Below are positions 27,861 through 40,055 of a stretch of 64,000 nt of DNA, piece after piece. The position numbers and the translations under genes were made by a program. The DNA is from Stegostoma tigrinum (taxonomy: Eukaryota). The DNA lies in the NCBI RefSeq assembly GCF_030684315.1, contig NC_081363.1, forward strand, positions 26,724,116 through 26,788,115, written 5' to 3'. Every line of letters begins with the position of its first letter. Positions within the stretch are counted from its first letter, which is position 1. The notes under the pieces were generated by a model, which was not told the origin of the DNA, ran no database searches, and saw only the letters and a list, made by a program, of their open reading frames with translations.

Positions 27861-28495
27861 GTACTAAAACGATATTTATTGTGTTTCAAAAGGAAAAGGA
27901 CCAAGTGACAATCATTGAAACAACAATTATACATCTTTCATGTATAAACATAAATATCATGATTCGGTTTCTATTGGCCTGGATATCTAGTTACTGTAAA
28001 CATGAAGATACTTCTACTCCCGGTAAATGTACCAGATAAACAGTAAACATGAGGAAAAATAAAGACTTCATGGGCTGTAGAGTTCATACAAAATAAAATG
28101 TGGTGCTCAACCATGAAGTAGTACTCATACATGGCTACATCTATTTGTACCACAAAGTCTTTCGTGTAAATATAAATTTACTTTGTTTCCACAATGAACC
28201 TGAATCTTCTGCTGTCCCATAGCCAAGCCAATATGGCCATTTTTTTTTTGCTGTTCAGTCACTGAGGTAATCACAAGCATGATTCCTTGCTCAACACCTA
28301 TGTACAATCAATTTGCTACGACTCTACGAATATGATGGCACATTGGAACCAACTGTCAATGCACTGACTATTGAAATGCCTGAGATCCGCAAATTCCACA
28401 TAGATCACGTATTGAATCATCAAAAAGTACTTAAAACAATATTTATTGTATTTCAAAAGCAAAAGGACCATTTGACAATCATTGAAACAACAATT
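27861..28495. repeat. ~68 bp direct repeat, 27861-27928 and 28427-28495
   Basis: GTACT(T)AAAACRATATTTATTGTRTTTCAAAAGSAAAAGGACCA..TGACAATCATTGAAACAACAATT in both. Confidence 0.9.
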
Positions 28496-29829
28496 CTTGG
28501 AATAGCCACTCTTTCAATCACTCCCACTAGCACTTCCCCCAAGGTACTGCCCAGTGGTCAGCAGTAGACTTACCCAAATCATAAAGTAACTTTTGGATCG
28601 TATGTTGGAGTTTAGTGGTCTAGTTAAGGATTTGTTTGTATTTTGAAAGAAAAGGAATGTTTTTTTCTTTCAGAACTTTGTACGTTAAAAACATTTGTTT
28701 CTTAACATCAGCTTTACTCGATTTGAAATCTGTGTCCAGAAGACAAGAATCTTGTGACTTTTTAAACATCGAATACAGGGCCACCAATTGCTATAAATGA
28801 ACGTGTATTAAAAAGAGGTAGACTATTGCTATTGAAAAATGTATTGGGTTAACATGATTGCTTGAACAATCTCTAGGTTTCTATCGGTTTCAAGTAAAAC
28901 AATTCTACATGAGAAGACACCAGGGAATTAAATGCCACAAGTTAGTTTTGCATGCATTTATAAAACTTTGTAGAAGTTGTACTCATTTGCATGGCTGGCA
29001 TGCACATAAAGTACTGAAACAGAGGAAACCGATCCCACACATTAACAATTCAGTACTTGTTTATTCCCTGCATAGTTCTCTACATGAAGTAACAATGAGA
29101 TAGATGCTCTAACTCCTGTATTACAAGTACTTCAGTTGGTAGCCTGTTGTTTCTACATGGAGACACTTTAATTAAATGATACAAAATACATTTTCGATCT
29201 TAAGATGACTTCAGAAGTTATCATTGAGGGGATGAATGTACCTCCTTAGTTTTGATTATTATGTTTATCTAGTTTTACAAAGATCCAAACAAACACTTAG
29301 AAACCAACTACAGAACAATTCTACAATGGACAAATTGTAAGCTGGGAGATTTAGACCATTTGCAATATTGCCATTGTGTGCACAAGCCATTTGATTTAGC
29401 AGTAATAAGATTTTAAAAGGCAAAATACAGACTTTAAGCTCCTAACCGTAAATGATGTCAAGTAACACAGCATTCATACTGTTCTCATTAATGATTAATT
29501 TTTAAGAAATAACTATATAGTTAGTTCTTGTCAGCTGTTCGTGGCTGTTGCAACAATGTGAGGTTATTGAAAGCACTGTCAAACTCAGCCACATATATAG
29601 GTCTCACCTATAAATCAGGTGATGATAATAGCTGACAACCTTGCTTCTTTGGAGTTTGCTGAAGAATTGCATTCAACAGAAATCTGTAGATTATTTCTGC
29701 CAAGTGAAGTCAAATTTTCTGGTAGCAGTGAAGCACACAGCAAATGCTAAAACTAAATTTAGAATGCACATAAAAATTATGGGACCAAAACTGAATATTG
29801 AAAATTTTAAATCCAGCAGAACAATACCC

Positions 29830-29976
29830 GAGATAGTAAGAACTGCAGATGCTGGAGAATCTGAGATAACAAGGTGTAGAGTTGGATGAACACAGCAGGC
29901 TAAGCAGCATCAGAGAAGCAGGAAAGCTGACGTTTTGGGCGTAGACCCTTCTTCAGCTCTACACCTTGTTGTCTTA
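29830..29976. mobile_element. Asymmetric palindromic Penelope insertion, family A
   Basis: TSD AGAAYAATACYCGA 29818-29831 / 29976-29989; long arm ends exactly at the CTGAAGA box. Confidence 0.85.
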
Positions 29977-32331
29977 GAATAATACTCGAACTATGTTTCT
30001 TATTAAATGACTTTAGAGCACCAAGGTGACTTGGTTACATCTAAGCCCATCTGACTAGAACGTTAGCACATTCACAATTTCCAGTCCTATAGATGAATTA
30101 TTTTCACTTGGGTATTGAAAACAGCAAGATACTTCTGAGTCTACATAATACTGGATATTGTTAAACTGGTTTAAACCAAATGTTCACACTCATTAAAAAC
30201 TTTCTTATAAGGAAGTTTTGTAATAATAGAAGCAGCAGCAAAACCAGCACCATATTTATTACAATTGTCTATATATCAGTTAAAACACATAGGTATTCTG
30301 TATGAGCTGGGGTTCAAAACAATAGCACAGGTCTTAAGTGCTTAAATGGCTTTAATATACATATTTTTTAAAAAAGCAAAACATTCACAGCTGTCTTATT
30401 GGCACCATATTATAATATTAGCTTATGGTAACACCATTACATTCATTTTACATGCAGCAATCAGCCACACATAAATAAACAAAACATCCCCTGCACAGTC
30501 TGCTGTTTCCTTTCAGACAGATGAATGATCCAAATTTATGTCCCATGTAGGAGAAAATGAAGGATTAACTGCCTCAGCACACATCAATAATCCTTCATTC
30601 CTCAGCTATTCATACTACAGAGTCAGGTCAGCATTTGAGCAGCACTTGATGACATTGCTACAGAAATATTTCAGGGTAGTCTATATAGAATCAATACACT
30701 TCAAATGAAGACACTTCAAATGACTCCCTCTTTGGCCATATTGTGCAACAAATACAGGTAATTTCCCAAAATATAGTTTTCAACATCCAGATGGAGTGCA
30801 GAGAGGCAACAGAAGTACCCTCTAGTAGACGCATTAGATGCATGCTGGACCTACCTTGGTTATTCAGCACCTCTTGGAAGTCAGTTAGACTCCTTTTTAT
30901 ACGTTTTATATAATCGTGTCAGGTTAAGTCTGTGACAGTTGTCTTGTGACAGTTTTCTTTTCCAACTCCAATAATCAAGTCACAACAGGAAGTGAGATGA
31001 ATGTTGCACAGAATTTAATTTATCCTAAGAGCAACTGAAATTTCCTGGCATAAGGTAATAGGCTGCAAATCAGGATTTATATAAAATTACTTGAGTAAAA
31101 AGATCTCTCCTTGTGGTACGATCACTGAAATGCTCTTCACTAAAAATATAAAAACAATTTACATTAGAATTTATAGAAAACCATGTAGAGAGTGCAGTGT
31201 CATTCTGTAATTTTTCACTGCAGTCTGCTGCTCTGCAAAGTGATACTTTGCCTGGATCACAATAAGCTGACTTTCCCCTGTCAGTGCTTTTGTGAAGGAC
31301 TTACGATTATAATTTAAAATCTGATTTGTCTTTCAAATACTTTTGATCAGGTTACAATGCATGATAAATGGCTACTAGTTTAGTACAGGTTAATCTTCGT
31401 TTGACCATCTTAATGCAAAGTCCAGTGCTGTTTAAATTTGTATTTAAAAATTAACTAAACAGAAAATAAGTGATTTTGAATCTCGCTTCTCTACACAACT
31501 AATAATCAAGACTCACAATTGATACATTAATCACCCAAATATGATTGGCCTGTGACTGCTGGTGAACTGAGTCACACATTATGTACAGAACCTGGTGATT
31601 TTATATTTAAAACAAAAGGTTTACCAGCTCTTCCAGTTTATCCAAAATGACTTTAGTTAAGGGATAGCCCTTTATTAAGTGAATACATGAATTTACAGTA
31701 AATTATGTTCCTTTGCTACATTCTGGCAAGGGAACTGAAGTGAACACAGGTTAAAGTTTTGTGCAAACAAAAAATAAGGAAATGACATTAGTAGATGGTC
31801 AAATAATCTTTATTCACAAGGCCATTTTGAAAACACACCATTTCCAAAAATGATTGGTGTGAATGTAATCTGTGTTTTTTGAATCAACCGAAATAGACAT
31901 TTTGTTAGAAATAGAAAAACATTTACTGGATCTCATTTTCAGTCACAGTTAAAAACTGAAGTGCAAAAGACAAAAATATAAGCTTAAAGCATCTGGAAGG
32001 ATAAAGAATGAAAACCCTTGCCATCAAAGTAGCCTTAAAAGAGCTCAGAATTCCCATTGGAAAATAATGAAAATTTCTGAAATGTGCACGCTGTGAGGGG
32101 TTACTGGAGTGATTCATGGTGATTGACTCTTAAACATTAACAAAATCCAAACAATGTCAGCCTACACAGTTGTCTGCAGGATTTGTACCATCCCAAATAA
32201 CATAATTTTAAAACCACAATGAAATTTCAGGTGCAGCCAGATATTTCGTTACAGATTACAACAAATTAAGCATTCATGCTCTGAATCTTGATTTGGTGTT
32301 AACTTATCATACCCTAAAGTGACAGGTCCAT

Positions 32332-32727
32332 TCATGTGTCAATTATTTTTAATCTATTGATTTGATTGGAAGCTTTGACAAAAGCTTGGTGGCGATTGCA
32401 AACAACAGCCAAGTAGATTGGGAAAATACAGTAGCCAACTGTTTTGGGATTGGCTCTTGTACACGAGTACAGGAACAAGAAGATTTGCAGGTATGGAATC
32501 AGAAACAGGAGACCCCACAGCCAGAATGGGAGTGAAAACAAGCGTGCTGTTACTGTCTGTGTCCAAGAAGCTCCATTGCCCAGGTCCTCAGAGTTCCGTT
32601 GAATATGCTCTAAAGCCAGTTGGTTGTAAGTTTCATTTATTTCAAATACATAATAAATGGCTGCAGCACTTGCTAGAAGATATAATCCTACTCCAATCCA
32701 ACCCATTCGCTGGCGAAAGTTCATCAT
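32332..32727 (-). CDS. LYSET: LYSET / TMEM251 (lysosomal enzyme trafficking factor), 131 aa
   Basis: MMNFRQRMGWIGVGLYLLASAAAIYYVFEINETYN...LPFWLW...PYLQIFLFLYSCTRANPKTVGYCI; two hydrophobic segments; CAG acceptor at 32750-32748; synteny. Confidence 0.97.
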   Translation of the reverse strand: MMNFRQRMGWIGVGLYLLASAAAIYYVFEINETYNQLALEHIQRNSEDLGNGASWTQTVTARLFSLPFWLWGLLFLIPYLQIFLFLYSCTRANPKTVGYCIFPIYLAVVCNRHQAFVKASNQINRLKIIDT

Positions 32728-33666
32728 TCTCCATAATCTACTTTTTTCTGAAATATAAAAAAGGATGAAAGATGGATTACAATAAGTGAAAAATCTCAGT
32801 CCATCTGGAAGGGAACAACTGACTCGTGATTTGCCCTACCACCATGATTTCAGTTCTCCCTCTGAATCCCACTGGGTTCTAGATGTTAAAACAAGAAACT
32901 TATAAATGCACACAGTCAGTAACTGAAAGAAGAAGCTAAATTACTATTTCACATGCGAAGGGCCTTTCTCTCAGATTTGATCATTACAGCCTCTCTAATG
33001 ATTTTTCAGCGATCATTTCTCCAGCCATCCCTCAAACAACACCTCTGTCTTATCATCTCATCTGCTTTCAAAAGGCAAAAATGTTTTTGGCCTTGATTAT
33101 CTCCTTTCTACTTAGCATCTATTCTTCCCCAATTCTACAAAGTATTTAGAGGTATTTACGACTGTGAGAAATGCTCCAGGAAACTCCTGCTGAGGCATCA
33201 GTGATTTCAGACTGGGGAGAGGCCATTTAGCTTCTCTGAGTGTGGGGAGAGGTTTTCTTCATCCAACCTGTAGTCACACAAGAGCGTTCACATTGCTTTG
33301 AGACCCTTTAAATGTTCGTTGGGGTGACAAAAGGACAGATGCTACATCTCCTGCAGTTGGTTGGAAAGATGCATGGGGGTGGTGGGAGAAGACAGTGTTA
33401 AGGGTGACTGAGTAATTACCTCCATTACACCCAGGTTCAAGGTTCCCTTGCACTGAAACAGTAGGAGAAAGGAAGGTATTTGGTGGTATCAGCTAGAGGT
33501 GGAGGATGGTCCATTGAAAGTGAAGACTGGTGTGAGGAGAATCAGGATAAGGTTAACTTATTTTGGAAAGGAATGGATTGAGAGCAGAGGAATAAAACAA
33601 ATGGGCAGGAAAAGAGGGCATTCAACTGCAGTGGTGTGACAATTCTTGAAGGAAAAATGCCCCAGG

Positions 33667-33958
33667 GTTAATTAGAGGGCGTAGATATAAGGTGAGAGGG
33701 GAAAGATTTAAAAGGGACCTGAAGGGCAACTTTTTTCACACAGAAGGTGGTGCGTATGTGGAACAGTCTGCCAGACAAAGTGGAGGAGGTGAGTAAAATT
33801 ATAACATGTAGAAGACATTTGGACAGATACATGGAAAGAAAATGCTTAAAGGATAAAGGGCCAAACGCAAACAAATGGGTCTACTTCAGTTTAGGAAACC
33901 TCGTCAGCATGAACAAGATGGGCCGAAGGGTTGTTTCCACGCTGTACGACTCTATGAC
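33667..33958 (+). mobile_element. CR1 LINE 3' fragment
   Basis: FFTQKVVRMWNSLP..HLDRYM motif followed by CR1 tail. Confidence 0.85.
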
Positions 33959-36900
33959 AGCAACCTTTTGTTTCCATGTATCATTATTAGGCAAACGGGA
34001 ATATGGATAAATTGATTTTTCAAAGTTAAACCATTGTTGTGAAAAGAATAGCCAGGTCTGAGTGTGAACTATGGGGGTGCTGAATTTCTGAAGGAGTGTG
34101 CACCAGTACTTGGCTGTCCACGTAATTAGCAGTATGCCAGGCTCCAGAGCAGAGCTCCTGCAGCAGCAACTCTTCAGTACCCTGACTGAACTATTTTTAC
34201 AGAAGCAGCAACACCAGCATCTCTAGTGTGACTTCCAGCTGCTGCTGAGTCTATAGGAATCAAGTATAAATTGTGAGGAATATTATGAAGAACCCATCCA
34301 TACTTAACGTGTGCAGATCTTATCCCACTGTGAAGTTATTGAAATATCTAAGAGGTGAGGGGGCTGACTACCAGGAGGATGTTTCTTTTGTCAGAGAGAC
34401 TAAAATTAGAAGGAAGAACTGTTTTCCTTTACAGCATAGGATTTTCTTCCCCTAGAGATAGTGGAGATTTTAAATTTATTCGAGGCAAGATTGGATAGAT
34501 TTCTGACAGATAAGAGAATCTACGGTTGTAAGGGAAGACAGGAAGATGAAGATGAGACCTCAACTAAATCAGCCATGTTCCTTTTAAATGGAGCAGGATC
34601 AAAAGCTCAAATGTGCTACTCCTGCTTCTAAGTTCTTTTCCTCTGTATTCATTTCAAATATTAGTGTCTGGAATTATGGCTGAAAGAAACCACCCACATT
34701 ATTCAAAATCAGCTTCCTCCAAAGCGTACTTAATTGTTTCAAAATTACCCTGATCAAACTATATATTCTTCCCCTGTGCGCAATTGTGGCTCATTTACAA
34801 AAAGCATTCTTCAGCATATCACAGTTCGATTTCTTGTCTATCTAGCCAGATCTTTTGAAGAAGATGTTCTCCACAATGCAGAGTAGAAGCAGAGTTCAGC
34901 AAACGTCTTTGCCACATTATCAAATGAATGAGTTCAATGACAACACTATATACTCACACGTATGTATTGATATAGACTGCAGTGTTCATTCCCTCCTCTT
35001 CAAACCAAGATGCTGGTCCCAAAGTGAAGTATGTGAGTATGACTATTGATGTTAGTCACCCATCAGTACTTTTTCCAACATTGCATTTTTCTCTCTCAGC
35101 CAACCAAACAAAGCCATTGTACATTAGTTAAGTACTTGATCATTTCAGAAATGTGACCGGAAGTACCTGTAGTAAACACAGTTCATCTGATACACATTTG
35201 ATGCGTTCGTGGACATACATTCATCTGTTGCACCCAGGAGCAACGTAGAGGATTTGTGTTAGGCAACTCAATGATTAGCGCTATTGAATAGAAATAGCAA
35301 AAATGGGCTTCAATCCAATATAAAAACTGCCTTAAAACTTTGTTAAGAACCCACGTGATCAATTTTGCTTCGGAACGTGCTGATTTCAGCAAACGTCATA
35401 ACTGGTAACAGGATGAATTATTACTACAATAACTGGGCTATCAACTCATCCATTGTCAACAAAACCAGTAAATTTCCAATCATTAAAGCAGGCCACAACT
35501 GTATTGCAACTGGCTCAATAGCATGCTGAGACACCTATAAAAAGTGGGTTTCTCAAACAGCGAATTATTTGGAAATTAACTTGTTTGTAGGAGGAGATCT
35601 TGTCCGTACATAAAGACAGAGGGCCATGCTCCATCAATCAATAAGATCATGTCTGATCTTCCGCCTTAACTTTACCTTCCTGCACTTGCTCCTTGGCCCT
35701 AAATTTGTCTAGCATTGAAAAATATATCAGTATGTCCTGAAAATGCACAGCAACAGAGCATTTACAATCTTAAAGATTCACAACCCTCTAAGTGAAGAAA
35801 TTGTTCGTCATTTCAGTTCAAAATTATCGATCCCTTATTCTGTGACTATGACCAAGTTCTGAATTCCTGAGTCAGGAAACAAAGAATATTTTCTCACATC
35901 AAAATGTTGCAATTAACCCTATTCTTCTAAACATCCTCAGAGGAGTACAGCAACCAAAAAAGTCAACAGGTAACAAAATGGTAACCAGACCTTTAAAAAA
36001 AAACCAGAAGGCTGCAGGAAAACTGCAAAGTATCCAAGCAGATTCACTTTTTGATATAAACCAGGCAATACTTCCTCCAATGATTTCATATAAAGATGGC
36101 ATTGTAACAAAATAACTTGTAGCTTCAGCACCAACTTAAAAACACATGGTCACTGATAAGTAAACAAGGCAACTACTTCGTTGAAGATCACAAAAGTGAA
36201 TTTCTTTTGCTAAAGATCTGAAGTACGCAAAGCCAACATCTTTCCCAAGACATACTGCAAACCAATAATATTATTCAGATTTACATTTAGGTCATAAATA
36301 ATGTCTTTATGGAGTTACTCATCACACCTTGCAGAAGCATTCTGAACAGTGCTCCCTTGAATGCTATTGATGTTGTATGTGCAAACATGCATGATTTCAC
36401 GTTAATCTTTTGGTGGTGCAATTCAGAGACAAATGTTGGCAATTCCAATAATTTCCTTGTTCTTGCATGAAGTACACAAGCTTTTTTCATCCATATGGGC
36501 ATGCAGTTGGAGGTTTCAGAAGGACAGTCTTCAAACAAAGCCCCACTGGCCCAGAAAAGCACCAAAATATTCACATGCGGTGGCAAAATTGTTAAAGAGA
36601 TCAGCCCTGACCAAAGCCAGTCACAGTGAGACAGACAAACACTTACGGAGCACAATGGGTTGCCCCACGGCCATGCAAACCATTTCTTCGTCATTTTCGG
36701 GCACTTGAGGTTAAGTCACTGTTCCAATGCAGTGAAACGTGGCAGGAAGAGACCCAGACACAGCAACGGTTAATCTGCGCTGTTAATAATGTTGTCATTC
36801 ACAACACGGTGGAAAAACTTCGTCGCTCTCATCTTTCAGGAGTATTGGGGCAGTCGGGGTGGGGGTGATTTCTTTTTAAACTCCCACGTGGGAGAGAAGA

Positions 36901-37131
36901 GAACAGTTGAAGGTTTTATGCAAAAAGTCGGCACCTCTGACAGTGCAGCATCCCTACCCAGGGCAGTCCTGTCCTGTAGACCCGGAGTCAGGACAGTGCC
37001 AACACCCGGGGCTGATGAAGAAAGACAGCTCGGCGGGCCGGCCCTCCCTCTCAGAAACTGACGGAGAGACCGAGCTGTCAACGCCGGGGCCTAGAGCCTG
37101 ACCCACTCCCAGAGCGCCAGGCCGTACTCAC

Positions 37132-37300
37132 CATGTAAAGAAAGGAAAGGCAACTACAGGACCGGCGACAGGAAGGGAAGGGGCCGCCGCGGCGCTCGAT
37201 CCCCCTCCCCGCTTCAATCCATCGCTTCCTTTCTCTCTGTTTCCGCAGCCGCTGCCGGCTGACCAGTCATAAAGCGACCCACTTCCGTCTCCTCACCAAC
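37132..37300 (-). promoter_or_regulatory. LYSET: LYSET exon 1 (5' leader) and CpG-island promoter
   Basis: Consensus GTGAGT donor at 37131-37126, CpG-rich 37030-37400, ETS motif ACTTCCG 37281-37287; TSS approximate. Confidence 0.75.
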
Positions 37301-37470
37301 TCTATCCGGGCTGTTGCCCGGGGAACCAGGGCACAAGAGATAACCTCCACCACCAGCCTCTTGTGTGGACTCCAACGCGCCTCTAGCGCCTGGAGGACCT
37401 CACTTCCCTTCACATGCTCTGCCCACTGGTGCAATCTAATTGAGTCACAAACTCAAAGCTACCCTTGATT

Positions 37471-38155
37471 AAGATAATCAAATGTGAGGCTGGATGAACA
37501 CAGCAGGCCAAGCAGCGTCTCAGGAGCACAAAAGCTGACGTTTCGGGCCTAGACCCTTCATCAGAGAGGGGGATGGGGAGAGGGTTCTGAAATAAACAGG
37601 GAGGGGGTGGAGGCAGACTGAAGATGGCTAGAGGAGAAGAGAGTATGGGTGGGGAGGTAGGGAGGGGATAGGTCAGTCTGGGGAGGACGGATAGGTCAAG
37701 GGGGTGGGGTGAAGTTAGTAGGTAGGAAATGGAGGTGTGGCTTGAGGTGGGAGGAGGGGATAAGTGAGAGGAAGAACAGGTTGGGACGAGCTGGGCTGGT
37801 TTTGGGATGCAGTGGGGGGAGGGGAGATGCACATTCTCCCCGTGCATCAAGCCACACCTCTATTTCCTACCTACTAACTTCACCCCACCCCCTTGACCTA
37901 TCCGTCCTCCCCAGACTGACCTATCCCCTCCCTACCTCCCCACCCATACTCTCTTCTCCTCTAGCCATCTTCAGTCTGCCTCCACCCCCTCCCTGTTTAT
38001 TTCAGAACCCTCTCCCCATCCCCCTCTCTGATAAAGGGTCTAGGCCCGAAACGTCAGCTTTTGTGCTCCTGAGATGCTGCTTGGCCTGCTGTGTTCATCC
38101 AGCCTCACATTTGATTATCTTGGAATTCTCCAGCATCTGCAGTTCCCATCATCTC
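37471..38155. mobile_element. Young, large palindromic Penelope insertion, family A
   Basis: ~275 bp of near-identical inverted arms; 15 bp TSD CTACCCTTGATTAAG 37459-37473 / 38155-38169. Confidence 0.93.
37537..37564 (-). ncRNA. Minimal type I hammerhead ribozyme motif with intact core
   Basis: CUGAUGA-A-GGG(UCUAGG)CCC-GAAAC-GUC^AG; palindromic ACGU in place of helix III, as in dimeric Penelope hammerheads. Confidence 0.8.
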
Positions 38156-38204
38156 TACCCTTGATTAAGTTTTCTACATTTTTGTGTCAGACTCATTCGG
38201 AACA

Positions 38205-38420
38205 GGAGTAAACAGAAATCCCGGGAGAAACTCAGCGGATCTGGTAGCATCTGTGGAGAGAGAAACAGAGTTTGATGATTCAAGTCCAATATGACTTCTT
38301 AGTTTTTCAGGGTCATACAGACTCAAATTCCTTTTTCCACAGATGCTGTCAGAACTGCTGAGTTTCTCCAGCACTTTCTGGTTTTATTTGATTTCAGGCA
38401 TCCGCAATAATTTGCTTTCA
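38205..38420. mobile_element. Older palindromic family B-like insertion
   Basis: GGAGAAACTCAGCGGATCTGGTAGCATCTGTGGA / TCCACAGATGCTGTCAGAACTGCTGAGTTTCTCC inverted arms. Confidence 0.65.
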
Positions 38421-40055
38421 CAATTCTTGTTCTTCAGGTCTTACTGCCTATTGGTATTATGTTAAAAGAAATGTTTGTCCTTCAATTTTATCAACATTAA
38501 TGTGTTGTCAAAATGTAAAGCTAACACTTCATTGAAAAATGAGGGAATGCTGCACTGTCAGAGGAGTTATACTTCAAATGAAATTTTAAGCCTAGGCTCA
38601 CCTAACGGTGGGAGGTAATGATCCCAAGGTATTATCTCACATAGGAGCAGAAGAGTTTTCCCCGCTGACCAGGCCAACATTTATCCCTCAATCACCACAA
38701 CAACTAAATTATCTGTTTACTAACTACCTCATTGCTGTTTGTGGCAGCTTGCCATATGCAAATTGACTGCAGTGTTTCCTAAAATAATGACTAAAATTCA
38801 AAAATACTTAACTCACTTTGAAGTCCCTTGAAATATGATTGTGAAGTGTGTCATAAAAATGCAAATAATACAACCTAACTATCAGAAGAGAAAGGTCCTT
38901 TACTTCCCAGCATAAGATGCTATTACTTGTAATAGCATTGTATCCTTTGATGATAATGGAGCTTTCATCATCTACTTTAATACTATCAACCAGCTCTTTG
39001 GTGAAGACAAGAAACGATCATACTCCTGTAAGAAGACAGAAGTCTATTTATTCTAACTTGATGTTTCAGTGCATTAACAGTATTTCTTTTTGATATAAGT
39101 TACGAAAAGACAACTTATCATGAGTTCAGAGTACCATAACATATTTAGGAATCTATCTCGTGAGAAGCATGATCAAGCATAGTCAAAAAGTCATAGGTTC
39201 GATCCCCAGTTTGTGTTGAGTTATCTGAACTCATCCAAGCCAGCAACAAGATTTTCTGCTTCTTCAGGCTAAGAAGGAAAAAAATTCTTCCAGGTAACTT
39301 TTTTGCTCATTATTGGGAATGTCACCACCAGCAAATTTCTTCCCAAGGCACACACCATCCTGTCTTAGAAGAAGAAAAATCACTGATCCTTCACTATTGT
39401 GAGGTCCAATTCTAGAACTCCCTTCCTAACAGCACTGTGCCTATCTCTACATCTCAATGATAGCATCAGTTCAAAAAGACAGTTCACTATTATCGTCCCC
39501 AACACAATTAAGGAAGCACCAGCTAGCGGTGCCCAAATCCCATGAATGAATATAAAAACAAATCAGTGACAACTTCTACTAGTGCATATGCACGCACATT
39601 AGTTGACATTCTGTACAATCTGGACAGTGGAGTGCCTTCTGATGAAATAGATATTTCTGTGAATTTTAATACAAGTAGCTGGAGATATACTCATTGTAAT
39701 TCAATTAAGGCTGACTTAGCCTCCTTCTTACATACTGACACAAAATCACTTCTTTCTACTTGGTTGGTGCATCACCCATGAGCAGTCAATTGAAATATAT
39801 AAACTCATTTTTTCAAAGGCTTGCAGATAAGTACTTGCCGCAGCCAAAAAAACAAAACAGAGAGGCATCTAGAGTTCTTCAAGCTGTGCTGAGAATCGGT
39901 TCGCCTCTGGGCCACCAGACTGGATGCAAAAATTGTTGTCACTGTCTCTGGGAGAAAATTATATGCTGCCTGTTGTTAGTTTTGTGCATGTGGCTGTCAG
40001 ATGAGAACACAGTTATTTTAGCTGTAATTTGTTCCCCACCCACGCATTCCATATA

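Noticed and set aside
30696-30724. Short tandem duplication ACACTTCAAATGA x2; also the (CA)n tract at ~3129-3150
   Set aside because: Ordinary slippage products.
32418-32768. 116 aa antisense ORF over LYSET
   Set aside because: Shadow ORF with no recognisable similarity, promoter or splice support.
37410-38164. Two near-identical 146/151 aa ORFs on opposite strands
   Set aside because: They result from the palindromic Penelope 3' UTR; the RPETSAFVLLRCCLACCVHPASH peptide recurs in every family A copy and is not a gene.
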